This document shows positions 27,879-37,506 of a DNA stretch of 50,423 bases, in pieces. The position numbers and the translations under genes were made by a program. The notes under the pieces are model-generated. The model saw nothing but the letters and a program-made list of their open reading frames with translations, was not told the DNA's origin and ran no database searches. Every line of letters begins with the position of its first letter. The first letter of the stretch is position 1. The stretch covers positions 1 through 50,423 of IMG/VR virus record IMGVR_UViG_3300035676_000592; one strand, 5' to 3'. This DNA comes from a virus (taxonomy: Duplodnaviria > Caudoviricetes).

Positions 27879-28931
27879 TTAATTTTCAGTTTTAGATAAT
27901 TGCTCTTCGAAAGAATCTGCTCTCTGATTAAAATACGTATCAAAAAGAGTAATTATTTTCGTATCGAAAAGGGATTTATTTGAATACATTTCTGATGTCT
28001 TTTTCATTTCATCATATAAATTTGGATTAATATTATCCTCTAACCAATTTTGGATAAAATCTGCAATAACATCAATCATGATAGTTTTATCGTTTATCCA
28101 CATACCATTTTCATCACTCATCCATTCAGGAACTATATTTGGAATTTTACCAATAACCGGAACTTCTGATTTCATGGATTCTAATGGGAAGGTTCCAAAA
28201 CCGCAATCATCATCTATCCAAACGCTCACAAAACAATCTCTTAAAGATTTAGCAAATTCAGACTCGGATAATCCTCGTAAATCTCTGAAAGTGAACCATC
28301 GATATTGTGGAAATTTAAGATAAAATGCTTTAATAATATTAATTGTGTCACTATGGTCTTTTGTGTGAATTCCTATTAACGGCATTGGAGGGACTCCCTT
28401 AGAGTTGAAATTTTCAGATATATAAGGTTCTACAATATCAAAAGTATTCTGTCTCATTATTTTTTCAATGTATTCCTTTTGTTTGATTGTTGTGGTAATA
28501 CATTTATAAAACCCAAACTGACTCCAACTCTGACCTGGTTGTAATGTTTCTAACATGTAAGCGTAAGATTGTGTTAACACAATTTTGGCACAAGGTAGTT
28601 TCTTAACTTGGTCCATAACATAACCAAAAATTTCAGGAATAATTAAAAAATCATCAGGAGTTACTTCCAAGTTTTGACCTTCAATTGATTCATGAGGTAG
28701 GTCATTATACTCGTCACCTAACCAAGTATTAACACTTGTATAATCATTACGCTCATGTAATATTATAGGGTTGAATCCATTGTTTTTAAGGGTTAAGGCC
28801 ATTTGGTAAATGTATCTAACAGATGCCTTTGCATTACCTTTTGTATCCTGAACTAAAAAATATATTTTTGATTTTTTGTCCCTTAAATTTTGTATTGATA
28901 ACTTAACTTTATCGTTTAATTCGTTTGCCAT
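27879..28931 (-). CDS. Glycosyltransferase, GT4-like (GT-B fold)
   Basis: DDCGFGTFPLESMKSEVPVIG; DFLIIPEI. Confidence 0.75.
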   Translation of the reverse strand: MANELNDKVKLSIQNLRDKKSKIYFLVQDTKGNAKASVRYIYQMALTLKNNGFNPIILHERNDYTSVNTWLGDEYNDLPHESIEGQNLEVTPDDFLIIPEIFGYVMDQVKKLPCAKIVLTQSYAYMLETLQPGQSWSQFGFYKCITTTIKQKEYIEKIMRQNTFDIVEPYISENFNSKGVPPMPLIGIHTKDHSDTINIIKAFYLKFPQYRWFTFRDLRGLSESEFAKSLRDCFVSVWIDDDCGFGTFPLESMKSEVPVIGKIPNIVPEWMSDENGMWINDKTIMIDVIADFIQNWLEDNINPNLYDEMKKTSEMYSNKSLFDTKIITLFDTYFNQRADSFEEQLSKTEN

Positions 28932-28934
28932 AGT

Positions 28935-29213
28935 TTAATAGTGATTAATTAATCCTTTATTTAATAGTGTATTAAAAGCAATACCAAATGGTAATGAAGT
29001 TTTAGGTGCCGACTTTAATCCAAGTCTTTCGTCATAACCCTCCTCATTTTCGGTTAAAATTGTATCTAACAACATTTTAACTAGTTCGAATTTTACCAAA
29101 TTAATTCTGGCTTCGGTGTCACCAGAATCTACATAATTTAAATCATTAATTTCAAGGTATTCTTCAACCTTGTCCAAATCAATGAAATAGTTTTCTCCAA
29201 GAACATTTATCAT
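28935..29213 (-). CDS. Hypothetical protein
   Basis: 92-aa ORF coupled to the upstream gene. Confidence 0.7.
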   Translation of the reverse strand: MINVLGENYFIDLDKVEEYLEINDLNYVDSGDTEARINLVKFELVKMLLDTILTENEEGYDERLGLKSAPKTSLPFGIAFNTLLNKGLINHY

Positions 29214-29860
29214 AATATACTTTCAATTACTGTTTTAAATTCTTTGAATTTAGAAATTTCAAATTCAGTTTTTATACCCTCATTATATGGTGTTATATAT
29301 TTTATAACAATTTTGTTTTGAGGATGATTTAATAATAAATTAGGATTGGCAGTAAGTAAAATGTCTATTGAGTCCCACATTGATTTTATTGTCGATTCAC
29401 TATAAAATTTTACAGTTTCCACCAAACATCCAAATTTAGAAATAAAAAAAAGTGACGCGGGTTTAGATTTACCAATTTCATCCGATACAATTAAAATATC
29501 ATGTCTTTCTCTCAAATCTATGTAGAAATCATTAAAGTCATTCATACTTGAAATTTCAATCGAACCCGCATGTCCAAATATTTCCATAGTATGTTCTTTA
29601 TACATAAAATCATATAACTCGTCATCATTCCTAAATGCAAAGTGAGATATTAAATCTAAACTTGTAATGTCACTCTTTATTTCATATTTAAACATTTCTT
29701 CAACTGTAATTGAATCTGACGTGTTTCCTGATATATCAAGATTAAATTGTTTTTCCGGTGCAACATCATATACGTTGTCAATCAAATTTTTCTCATAAAC
29801 TTGTTTAAATTTACCAAGAGTATCCCGCAAAACTCCGTTCAATTCAACACCAATTCTCAT
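29210..29860 (-). CDS. HAD/5'(3')-deoxyribonucleotidase-like protein with degenerate catalytic motifs
   Basis: MRIGVELNGVLRD (normally IxxDxDGVLxD) and DILLTANP (normally D.LIDD.P). Confidence 0.6.
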   Translation of the reverse strand: MRIGVELNGVLRDTLGKFKQVYEKNLIDNVYDVAPEKQFNLDISGNTSDSITVEEMFKYEIKSDITSLDLISHFAFRNDDELYDFMYKEHTMEIFGHAGSIEISSMNDFNDFYIDLRERHDILIVSDEIGKSKPASLFFISKFGCLVETVKFYSESTIKSMWDSIDILLTANPNLLLNHPQNKIVIKYITPYNEGIKTEFEISKFKEFKTVIESIL

Positions 29861-30591
29861 TCTTCGTATTTTTTTAGAATTTGAGATATTAATGGGTTTC
29901 TTACAACATCTTCAGGAAGAAATTCAAAAGTCCCTATATCACTCATATTTTGGAATTTATGTAACGCATCCCACAAACCTGTTTGTGTTTTATCTTTATG
30001 TCTGTCAAATTGTTCCAAGTCACCCGAGATAAAAAATTTAGAATTAAATCCAATTCTTGTTAACAATAGTTTCATCTGACTTGGAGTTGAATTTTGAGCC
30101 TCCTCGAATATTAATATTGAATTATCAATATTCATCCCTCTCATGTAGGCCAAAGCAAAAACTTCAATAGCTTCAATCTCCTTCAATTTTTCTCTTGTTT
30201 CCTTACCGATAATTTTGTTCATCAAATAATATGACGGGAAAATATACGGGTCTAATTTTTCCTCAACACCACCTGGTAAACTCCCAAGTTTTTCTTCAGC
30301 CTCTACTGCGGGTCTGACTATTATTATTTTTTCATAGGGTGTTTCAGGATCCGCTAATAAGTCTAATGCACATTTCATTGCAATATAACTTTTACCAACA
30401 CCGGCAGGACCGGAACAGATGGTAATTTGGTTATTTGATAATGTTTCATAATAAGTTTTCTGACTATCAGAAAGAAATTTTTGTTTAGTTTTTTTCTTAA
30501 CTAATGAAGTAATTAATTGTTTTTTGTTTTTAACTACAATTTCATCACCAACTGGTGTTGGAATTGGTTGTTTTCTTGTTGATTTGTTCAT
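29857..30591 (-). CDS. phoH: PhoH family ATPase
   Basis: GPAGVGKSY, RPAVEAEEKLGSLPG, YMRG, EEAQN, GDLEQ.D and DVVRNPLI motifs. Confidence 0.93.
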   Translation of the reverse strand: MNKSTRKQPIPTPVGDEIVVKNKKQLITSLVKKKTKQKFLSDSQKTYYETLSNNQITICSGPAGVGKSYIAMKCALDLLADPETPYEKIIIVRPAVEAEEKLGSLPGGVEEKLDPYIFPSYYLMNKIIGKETREKLKEIEAIEVFALAYMRGMNIDNSILIFEEAQNSTPSQMKLLLTRIGFNSKFFISGDLEQFDRHKDKTQTGLWDALHKFQNMSDIGTFEFLPEDVVRNPLISQILKKYEE

Positions 30592-31572
30592 TTAATATTG
30601 TTTATAAAAATTTAACCAATATTCTACCATCTCATCCAGCATTGATTCAAAAGTATATTTTGGCTCCCATGATAATATTTTTTTAGCCTTTGTGGCATCA
30701 CCCTTTAAATTATTTAATTCTTCAGGTCTTAAATATTTTTCATCCGTAATAACATAATCCTCCCAATTAAGATTTAAACTTTTAAACACATACTCACAAA
30801 GATCTTTTACCGAATGAGAAATTCCTGTAGCACATACAAAATCATCTGGATTATCCTGTTGAAGGATTAACCACATCGCTTCCACGTAATCTTTTGCATG
30901 CCCCCAATCTCTTGTGGCATTTAAATTACCTAATTTTAATTGATTAGATAAGCCCAGTTTAATTTTGACTGCTTCTTTACATACTTTATTGGTTACAAAA
31001 TTTGTTCCTCTCCTTGGTGATTCGTGATTAAATAATATTCCGTTAGAGATAAACATATCATATGAATTTCTGTAATTTCTACAAATGTTATATGAAAAAA
31101 CTTTAGCACATCCATATGGGGATACTGGATTCATTGGTGTCGTTTCTCTCTGAAACCCATCTTCATCAATCATATTTCCAAACATTTCTGATGAAGATGC
31201 CTGATATAATTTAATTTTAGGGTTAACTAATTTGATTGATTCCAAAAGATTTAACGTTCCTAACCCTGTAACTTGACTTGTATATATCGGTTGGTCAAAT
31301 GATATTTTAACATGTGATTGTGCAGCTAAATTATAAATTTCAGTAGGTTGGATTTTTTGTATGACACTTATCAAAGATGAGATATCTAAAACGTCCGCAT
31401 AATGTAAATTTACCTTATCATAGATACTATCTATTCGATATGTCTGATTTTCAGATACTGAATTTCTTTTTAATGTCCCGTGAACTTCATAACCTTTCTC
31501 CAATAAAAATTCAGAAAGATAAGAACCATCCTGACCGTTTATTCCTGTAATTAACGCAATATTCTTCTTCAT
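30592..31572 (-). CDS. gmd: GDP-mannose 4,6-dehydratase
   Basis: ALITGINGQDGSYL, NLAAQSHV, QASSSEMFG, SPYGCAK, NHESPRRG and RDWGHAKDYV. Confidence 0.96.
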   Translation of the reverse strand: MKKNIALITGINGQDGSYLSEFLLEKGYEVHGTLKRNSVSENQTYRIDSIYDKVNLHYADVLDISSLISVIQKIQPTEIYNLAAQSHVKISFDQPIYTSQVTGLGTLNLLESIKLVNPKIKLYQASSSEMFGNMIDEDGFQRETTPMNPVSPYGCAKVFSYNICRNYRNSYDMFISNGILFNHESPRRGTNFVTNKVCKEAVKIKLGLSNQLKLGNLNATRDWGHAKDYVEAMWLILQQDNPDDFVCATGISHSVKDLCEYVFKSLNLNWEDYVITDEKYLRPEELNNLKGDATKAKKILSWEPKYTFESMLDEMVEYWLNFYKQY

Positions 31573-32495
31573 TTTCTCACAAAATCATAATTTTTAACAA
31601 ACCAATCAATAGTTTCCGATAATCCTTCTTTAATGCCTATAAAATTATATCCACTCTGAATATTACTTATTGCCGGTTTTTTTTCTTGTCCTTTTGGTTT
31701 ATCAAAATCGTATTCTATTTCCTCTGACTTAATATTAAATTTTTCTGAAATAATATCAACAATTTTTTTTATTTTATATTCTTTTGGGTTCACAGACATG
31801 AATGGTTCGTCTTTATTCCAATTATCAATTGCCCACAATATATTTTTTGCCAAATCCATTGAATAAATGAATTGTCTCTCCGCCTCACCATCACCCCAAA
31901 TAACAAATTTGGTGTTATTTTTCTTGGATAAAAATGCCTTGTGAATTAATGAAGGTATTACATGTCCATTCTCTAAATTAAAATTGTCATTAGGTCCATA
32001 AATGTTCGTGGGAACTACCGTAATCCAATTATATTTTAATACTTTATTAATAATTGATGTTTGATACGTTGAAATTCTTTTTGAAAACGCGTATCCAAAA
32101 TTAGTATGATGAGGTTGCCCAACTAACATTTGGTCGGGTGTTAATGGATAAATCGGAACGTCATCAGGAAAAACACAAGTTGATGATAGATTTACGAAAT
32201 TTTTAATTTGTAATTCCAAACAAGTAGAAATTACATTAGAATTAATTTTAAAATTTTCCAAAAAAAAGTTTTCATTATTTTTTTGGTTATACAAAACACC
32301 CCCGACTTTTGCGGCACAATTTATTATGGTATCTACTCCTTTATTTTTAACTTGATACTCCAAATAATTTTTTGTCACTTCAGAGCTCAATAGGTTCGAG
32401 TCGTTCTTAGTGTGATAAACATGATTTGGACCTAAAATTTCTTTTAATGAGTTTCCAACTAAACCGTTTGAACCTAAAACTAGTATTCTATTCAT
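31569..32495 (-). CDS. fcl: GDP-L-fucose synthase (epimerase/reductase)
   Basis: GSNGLVG, AAKVGG, SSTCVFP, YAFSKR, PTNIYGPNDNF, HVIPSLI and WGDG. Confidence 0.92.
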   Translation of the reverse strand: MNRILVLGSNGLVGNSLKEILGPNHVYHTKNDSNLLSSEVTKNYLEYQVKNKGVDTIINCAAKVGGVLYNQKNNENFFLENFKINSNVISTCLELQIKNFVNLSSTCVFPDDVPIYPLTPDQMLVGQPHHTNFGYAFSKRISTYQTSIINKVLKYNWITVVPTNIYGPNDNFNLENGHVIPSLIHKAFLSKKNNTKFVIWGDGEAERQFIYSMDLAKNILWAIDNWNKDEPFMSVNPKEYKIKKIVDIISEKFNIKSEEIEYDFDKPKGQEKKPAISNIQSGYNFIGIKEGLSETIDWFVKNYDFVRK

Positions 32496-33055
32496 GTATT
32501 ATTTTTTTTTGCTTTGTTTGTCCAACCATTTAACAGTATATTTGAAATAATATTGTAATTTTTTGATTTCAAAAAATCTTCTAAATTTTTGTTGTTTATA
32601 TGTAAATTTTCATAAAAAATTTCATCGATATTAAATCGATTAAAATCGATACTCATTATAATTTTGTCATCGATACCCTCAGCATCGATAAATAAAATAT
32701 CCAATTCAGTTAAATTATATTTTAATAATAAATTATTCAGAGTCATACACTGAAATTCAGATTCTTTAAAGATAAACTGTCCATGTTTTTTTAAATGATT
32801 AGGATTTACTGAGGACACTTCAGTTTCATTTGAATGATAAAATTTTATTTTACCTTCATTTTCACTAATTGAAATGACAATATTTTCAATAATAGGGTTA
32901 TATTCCGAGTAACATTCCAAAAGAGTAGGATTAAACTGATATTGAGGTTCAACTAAAATTAAAACTTCAACGTCTTTTGGATCATATTTTTTAACTATTT
33001 CTGTGAGGTCGTCATGACCACTATGTGTCCCAATTTGTAAAATTTTTAAACCCAT
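32492..33055 (-). CDS. FkbM-family methyltransferase
   Basis: LQIGTHSGHD...LVEP...LDILFIDAEGID. Confidence 0.75.
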   Translation of the reverse strand: MGLKILQIGTHSGHDDLTEIVKKYDPKDVEVLILVEPQYQFNPTLLECYSEYNPIIENIVISISENEGKIKFYHSNETEVSSVNPNHLKKHGQFIFKESEFQCMTLNNLLLKYNLTELDILFIDAEGIDDKIIMSIDFNRFNIDEIFYENLHINNKNLEDFLKSKNYNIISNILLNGWTNKAKKNNT

Positions 33056-33058
33056 ATA

Positions 33059-33862
33059 TTATTTTTTACTATATATATTAAATTCATGTTCTCTAAAATC
33101 GTTTCTAAATAATTCATTAATATTAATACAATCTAAATTTAAATTCATGAACATACTAAAAGATGATAAATTTGAAGTGGACCTAATTAAAAATCCACAA
33201 TTACTTAAAATATATGAATCAATAAGACATTCTAAACCTTTTTGATATCCATTTCCATCATTTGTTGTATGTATTGCTTTATTGTCTTTACTACGAATTC
33301 TATCTACTTCAATTAAAATTGCCCCGTATCTTTTTTTATATAAGTCATATGTAATCTCACAATCTGTTGATAAAAAAATATTTTCATATGAGTTTAATTT
33401 TTTATCTATAATATCAAAAACTAAATTATCATCCACAGGATGTGCCATTGGTTCATTAAATTTGGATGAGAGGTATTTATCGGTTTTTCTAATGTGTAAC
33501 CCCAATGTATCCTTACTTACAATTTGTATATTTTGATTTATCAATTCTCTTGTTTGTTCATTGAGAGTGATATACTTGTTATATATGAAATTAAATGTTG
33601 ACCTCATATTCATTCCTGGATATGGTGACATCTCAATATAATTACCCAAAACATAATCGACAGATTCATTTTCAATTATATCGACTTGTTTGAAATAATT
33701 TTCCCACACATTATCACCATAATTACTATCATAGTATAGTGATGATTTATTTGACCAATTAACGTATATTTTTTTACCTTCTTCTTTGACTTTTTTTATA
33801 TGTCTGATAGTGGTTGTTAATTCTGCAAAAAATCCAGCTCTTCTAGATATAGAAATTACCAT
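33059..33862 (-). CDS. NodZ/GT23-like fucosyltransferase
   Basis: AGFFA, NVWENYF, LGLHIRKTDK, IFLSTD and D.YILSNC.FLIRSTSNLS. Confidence 0.75.
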   Translation of the reverse strand: MVISISRRAGFFAELTTTIRHIKKVKEEGKKIYVNWSNKSSLYYDSNYGDNVWENYFKQVDIIENESVDYVLGNYIEMSPYPGMNMRSTFNFIYNKYITLNEQTRELINQNIQIVSKDTLGLHIRKTDKYLSSKFNEPMAHPVDDNLVFDIIDKKLNSYENIFLSTDCEITYDLYKKRYGAILIEVDRIRSKDNKAIHTTNDGNGYQKGLECLIDSYILSNCGFLIRSTSNLSSFSMFMNLNLDCININELFRNDFREHEFNIYSKK

Positions 33863-34707
33863 TTTTCCAATTGTTTAATAATATTTTTATATACTCCATC
33901 AAATGTAAAATAAGAATCATATATTTTATTTTTATATTCAATTAGTGGAGTAATGTCAGTATTTAAAATAATGTTCTTAATGTCTTTAATGTTTTTAGAA
34001 TTAATTTTTATTATTAACTTATCCCAATCAATCTCATTAGTCCACGGTAGCCATTCTTCATCATAAACATAAATTGGAACTGAATTTAACTGCATTGATT
34101 CATATAATCTAAAACTGGTTTTACCGTATCCTCGAGGACATAAAGTAAATTCACTTCTTGAAGTGACATCCAAAAACCTATTTATGTTCTCTTCTTTTGT
34201 ATTTAATTCCCATGCTTTAACATGAAATTCAAATAAATCACATTCTTTATATTCCTCATATATTTGAGACCTAATATTATGTGTTATAGACCCCACGAAT
34301 GATACTTTAATATTTTTTTCTTTGTTATCATAGTTAATTGGAGAACAAATTAAAGGTATTGGTATTATATTCTCACCTGTTTTATTTCCTCCCATTGAGA
34401 AAACAATCGTATCTATAGGTAATTTTTCATAAACGCAATCATCATGTTGCGATATTGTAAAATATCGATTATCTTTATTCAATAAATTTAATATATTTTG
34501 TATGTCGTATTTTTTACCTACAAAAGATTTGTTTGTATAACAATTTGTCCAAAAAATCGGTAAATATACTCTATTATTAACAGTTAAAGAAGGGTAGTCC
34601 ACAAGGAATCTTTTGAAGAAATATTCTTCAAAATAATCACCTTTATGATAATTTGGGTATGGAGCAATTAGGCTAACTGGACGTAATTTGTTTGTAATCT
34701 CTAACAT
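33856..34707 (-). CDS. Exostosin-like (GT47) glycosyltransferase
   Basis: SFVGS...SEFTLCPRGYGKTSFRLYESMQLNSVPIYV...LPW. Confidence 0.8.
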   Translation of the reverse strand: MLEITNKLRPVSLIAPYPNYHKGDYFEEYFFKRFLVDYPSLTVNNRVYLPIFWTNCYTNKSFVGKKYDIQNILNLLNKDNRYFTISQHDDCVYEKLPIDTIVFSMGGNKTGENIIPIPLICSPINYDNKEKNIKVSFVGSITHNIRSQIYEEYKECDLFEFHVKAWELNTKEENINRFLDVTSRSEFTLCPRGYGKTSFRLYESMQLNSVPIYVYDEEWLPWTNEIDWDKLIIKINSKNIKDIKNIILNTDITPLIEYKNKIYDSYFTFDGVYKNIIKQLEKW

Positions 34708-35308
34708 AATTTAATAACCTTATTTTGTTATCTACTCCTGCACACCAACAGGCGTGAAAAACTAATGTTTCTTCCGGAATTATAAATTGTTCGTCTGTCC
34801 ATATTTTAGACCCTATCACGGTTGCAGGACACATTATTCTATCATTAAATGTTGTATAGTTTATATTAAACTTATTGATTAGTTTATTCAATGCTATTTG
34901 GTCGTCATGATAATGATGACAGTTTTCAACAACCGAATTTAAAAGGTTTCTAACTTCAGGGATATTTTTTAATATGAAAAATCCTGTATTAAGTCCCCCA
35001 AATCCTTTTTGAAAAACCATATCATAATCCATATATTCTTTAATGTAATCAGAAATAGGATTTAAAAAAATTATGTCAACATCAGAAAACAAAACAAATT
35101 CGTTTTCTGTTATACCACTTAACGATTCAAATAAAAATAATATTTTATTTTTAGTTGTCTCATTAAATCCTGTTGTAAAATAATTTCCATCTGGTGATAT
35201 TTGGTCACCAATTTTACATAAAATCTCAAAATCATCTTTAATCGAAGAAATGAAATAATTCTCATAGAGATAGGTGTGAGAATCAGTATAATATGTTATT
35301 AATCTCAT
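34673..35308 (-). CDS. Nucleotide-diphospho-sugar transferase (GT77-like)
   Basis: VLFSDVDIIF, LNTGFFIL, DDQIALN and VFHACW...K. Confidence 0.75.
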   Translation of the reverse strand: MRLITYYTDSHTYLYENYFISSIKDDFEILCKIGDQISPDGNYFTTGFNETTKNKILFLFESLSGITENEFVLFSDVDIIFLNPISDYIKEYMDYDMVFQKGFGGLNTGFFILKNIPEVRNLLNSVVENCHHYHDDQIALNKLINKFNINYTTFNDRIMCPATVIGSKIWTDEQFIIPEETLVFHACWCAGVDNKIRLLNYVRDYKQITSS

Positions 35309-36218
35309 TTTTAAAATGATTAACTGTTTTTATAAACCCAACAGGTGACAAATGGGACTTCCAAAAATCAATGATGTCACTTTGTAGTTTTTCGTAATCT
35401 AAAATGTTATTCCAGTAATTAATTATTTTTTCCTCAATGGAATTAATATCTTCTAATTTTATTTTCAGTATTTTATCTTCGTAAGAAATAAAATCTTCAA
35501 AAGGTAAATCTATATCAGTATCAATAACTAAAGGTATTCTACCTAAAGACATTGTCTCGTATAGTCTATATGAAAAATTACCGGCACCTCTAATACATAA
35601 TACAAAGTCAGAATTTATTGAATTATCAATATATTCTTTTCTCACATCTTTTCCCCAAACTTCACCACCCCAAAAAGAATTTCTTATTATAAAATTATTT
35701 TTTACTGTTTTAAAATTTTTTATTTTATTTAAAACTTCATTTCTTAAATTATGTGTTATTGCCCCGCAAAATCCTATTGTAGGTATATTATCATAATCTC
35801 TTTTAAAATAAGTGAATTCTTTTTTTAAATCATTTGAAAATGCTGGAACTGATAAATAATTTTTTGGTTTTTTAGATTTATATAATGAAGTTCTAAATAT
35901 TATAGAATTTTCAAAATTAAATATAGAATCATTATCATCGTTATAAAATAATAATATTTTTTTATTTTTTTCTTTAGATAACTTAATCAATTCTGTAATG
36001 TCCGAATTTTTACTTATTTTTTCAGGTAATAGAATAAAATCACAATTTTCAATAATAGTGTAATCAATAACTTCTAATATGTCTGAAGATTTTAACTCTC
36101 TAAAAGTTTTATTTTTTGCAATTATGGAATCATCTACTTTACCCAAATAAAGTAGGTTTTCTTCCACAACATTATTAATCTTTATTATAGGACTATAAAG
36201 TTTCAATTTATTATTCAT
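35283..36218 (-). CDS. Exostosin-like (GT47) glycosyltransferase
   Basis: IGFCG...SDFVLCIRGAGNFSYRLYETMSLGRIPLVI...LPF. Confidence 0.8.
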   Translation of the reverse strand: MNNKLKLYSPIIKINNVVEENLLYLGKVDDSIIAKNKTFRELKSSDILEVIDYTIIENCDFILLPEKISKNSDITELIKLSKEKNKKILLFYNDDNDSIFNFENSIIFRTSLYKSKKPKNYLSVPAFSNDLKKEFTYFKRDYDNIPTIGFCGAITHNLRNEVLNKIKNFKTVKNNFIIRNSFWGGEVWGKDVRKEYIDNSINSDFVLCIRGAGNFSYRLYETMSLGRIPLVIDTDIDLPFEDFISYEDKILKIKLEDINSIEEKIINYWNNILDYEKLQSDIIDFWKSHLSPVGFIKTVNHFKNEINNILY

Positions 36219-36841
36219 ACTCTTTTACAAAAACACTGATACATTAATTTACTATTTTCATTTAATTTGTCTTCACTATTGACATCCGCACTATTGTTTA
36301 TACATGAAAATGAATATTTATTTAACAATATATCTTTTATGACCCCCCAATATTCATTTAGATGACACTCTACTAAAATATATTCAATCCTATCTACAAT
36401 TTTTTCCATACCTTCCAAAACTAAATGCTCGGCACCTTCAACATCAATTTTAACTAATTTAATTTTTTTTTCATTTTTTAATAATGTATCTAACCTCATT
36501 GAGGTTATAACCCCTTTCATTTCTTGTTTATTATACAACACATCGTGCCCCATAATATTATTTAGATGATTTTTTTTTGATTCATAATATTTGATTTGTC
36601 CGTCTACATTAGAAATTGCACAATTCATTAGAATTATATTATTAAACCTTGACACATTTTTTCTTAATACTTCAAATGTAGAGTTAGACAACTCTATCGA
36701 ATAGACTTTACCAGTATTTTTTATTTTTTCTAAAAAAAAAGATGTGTATAATCCTTCGTGAGATCCAACATCCACTATAACATCCCCATCAGAAATTAAA
36801 GATGATAAAAGTGAAAAATTTTTTTTATCGTGTTTATCCAT
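36215..36841 (-). CDS. FkbM-family methyltransferase
   Basis: IVDVGSHEGLY...LDTL...LVKIDVEGAEHLVLEG. Confidence 0.88.
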   Translation of the reverse strand: MDKHDKKNFSLLSSLISDGDVIVDVGSHEGLYTSFFLEKIKNTGKVYSIELSNSTFEVLRKNVSRFNNIILMNCAISNVDGQIKYYESKKNHLNNIMGHDVLYNKQEMKGVITSMRLDTLLKNEKKIKLVKIDVEGAEHLVLEGMEKIVDRIEYILVECHLNEYWGVIKDILLNKYSFSCINNSADVNSEDKLNENSKLMYQCFCKRV

Positions 36842-37506
36842 TATAAATTAAAATTTATTTTTTCTCTACTTAGGAAAGTATTTCTATCATGTGTAACATC
36901 TTGGTAATTTTTTCTATGGATCGTATCATGTTTTCCATACCCCCAATCTGGATGTTCATGTTTGATGATTATTTCATCAATATAGGTTTGTTTTTTTAAG
37001 ATATTTCCAACTTGAGTAAATTCATTATCACACCATGTGGAACGATATTCTGGATTATAAATGTAGTTAAATCTTTCATAATATTTCTTACCCAAAATAC
37101 AAAGAGTGTTTAATTCATTTTTTTTGAACCCATCATTAAAAAATAAAACACCATCAGTGTCGGGATAAAGTTCCTTCATTTTATCAACAATAACTTTATC
37201 ATATCCTTTTACTTGTGGTATCATATCATCAGATGCGAGTAAAACTATGTCCCAACTTTGATAGTTTTCAAGATCTCGATTCACCGCTTGGATTTTGTTA
37301 TGTGAAACCCCATAAAAATATGATAGATTATCATATTGATTTAAAACCTCACGGGTTGAATCATCATTCAATTCAGAATCATCAACATCCATAGATACTA
37401 AAAAATGAACCCCAACCTCTTTGGAGAGAAAATCCTGGTATTTTTTTAAGGTTTGAAGAAACTTTGACTTTCTATTTCTTGTTGGAAATTTTATTAACAA
37501 CTTCAT
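36841..37506 (-). CDS. GT-A fold glycosyltransferase
   Basis: KFPTRNR, DIVLLASDDM, WCDNE and IIKHEH. Confidence 0.75.
   Translation of the reverse strand: MKLLIKFPTRNRKSKFLQTLKKYQDFLSKEVGVHFLVSMDVDDSELNDDSTREVLNQYDNLSYFYGVSHNKIQAVNRDLENYQSWDIVLLASDDMIPQVKGYDKVIVDKMKELYPDTDGVLFFNDGFKKNELNTLCILGKKYYERFNYIYNPEYRSTWCDNEFTQVGNILKKQTYIDEIIIKHEHPDWGYGKHDTIHRKNYQDVTHDRNTFLSREKINFNL

Noticed and set aside
30592-36841. Eukaryotic giant virus origin, suggested by GT47/GT77/gmd
   Set aside because: The T4-like terminase, portal, protease and capsid genes, bS21, the sigma-like factor and intrinsic terminators indicate a bacteriophage.
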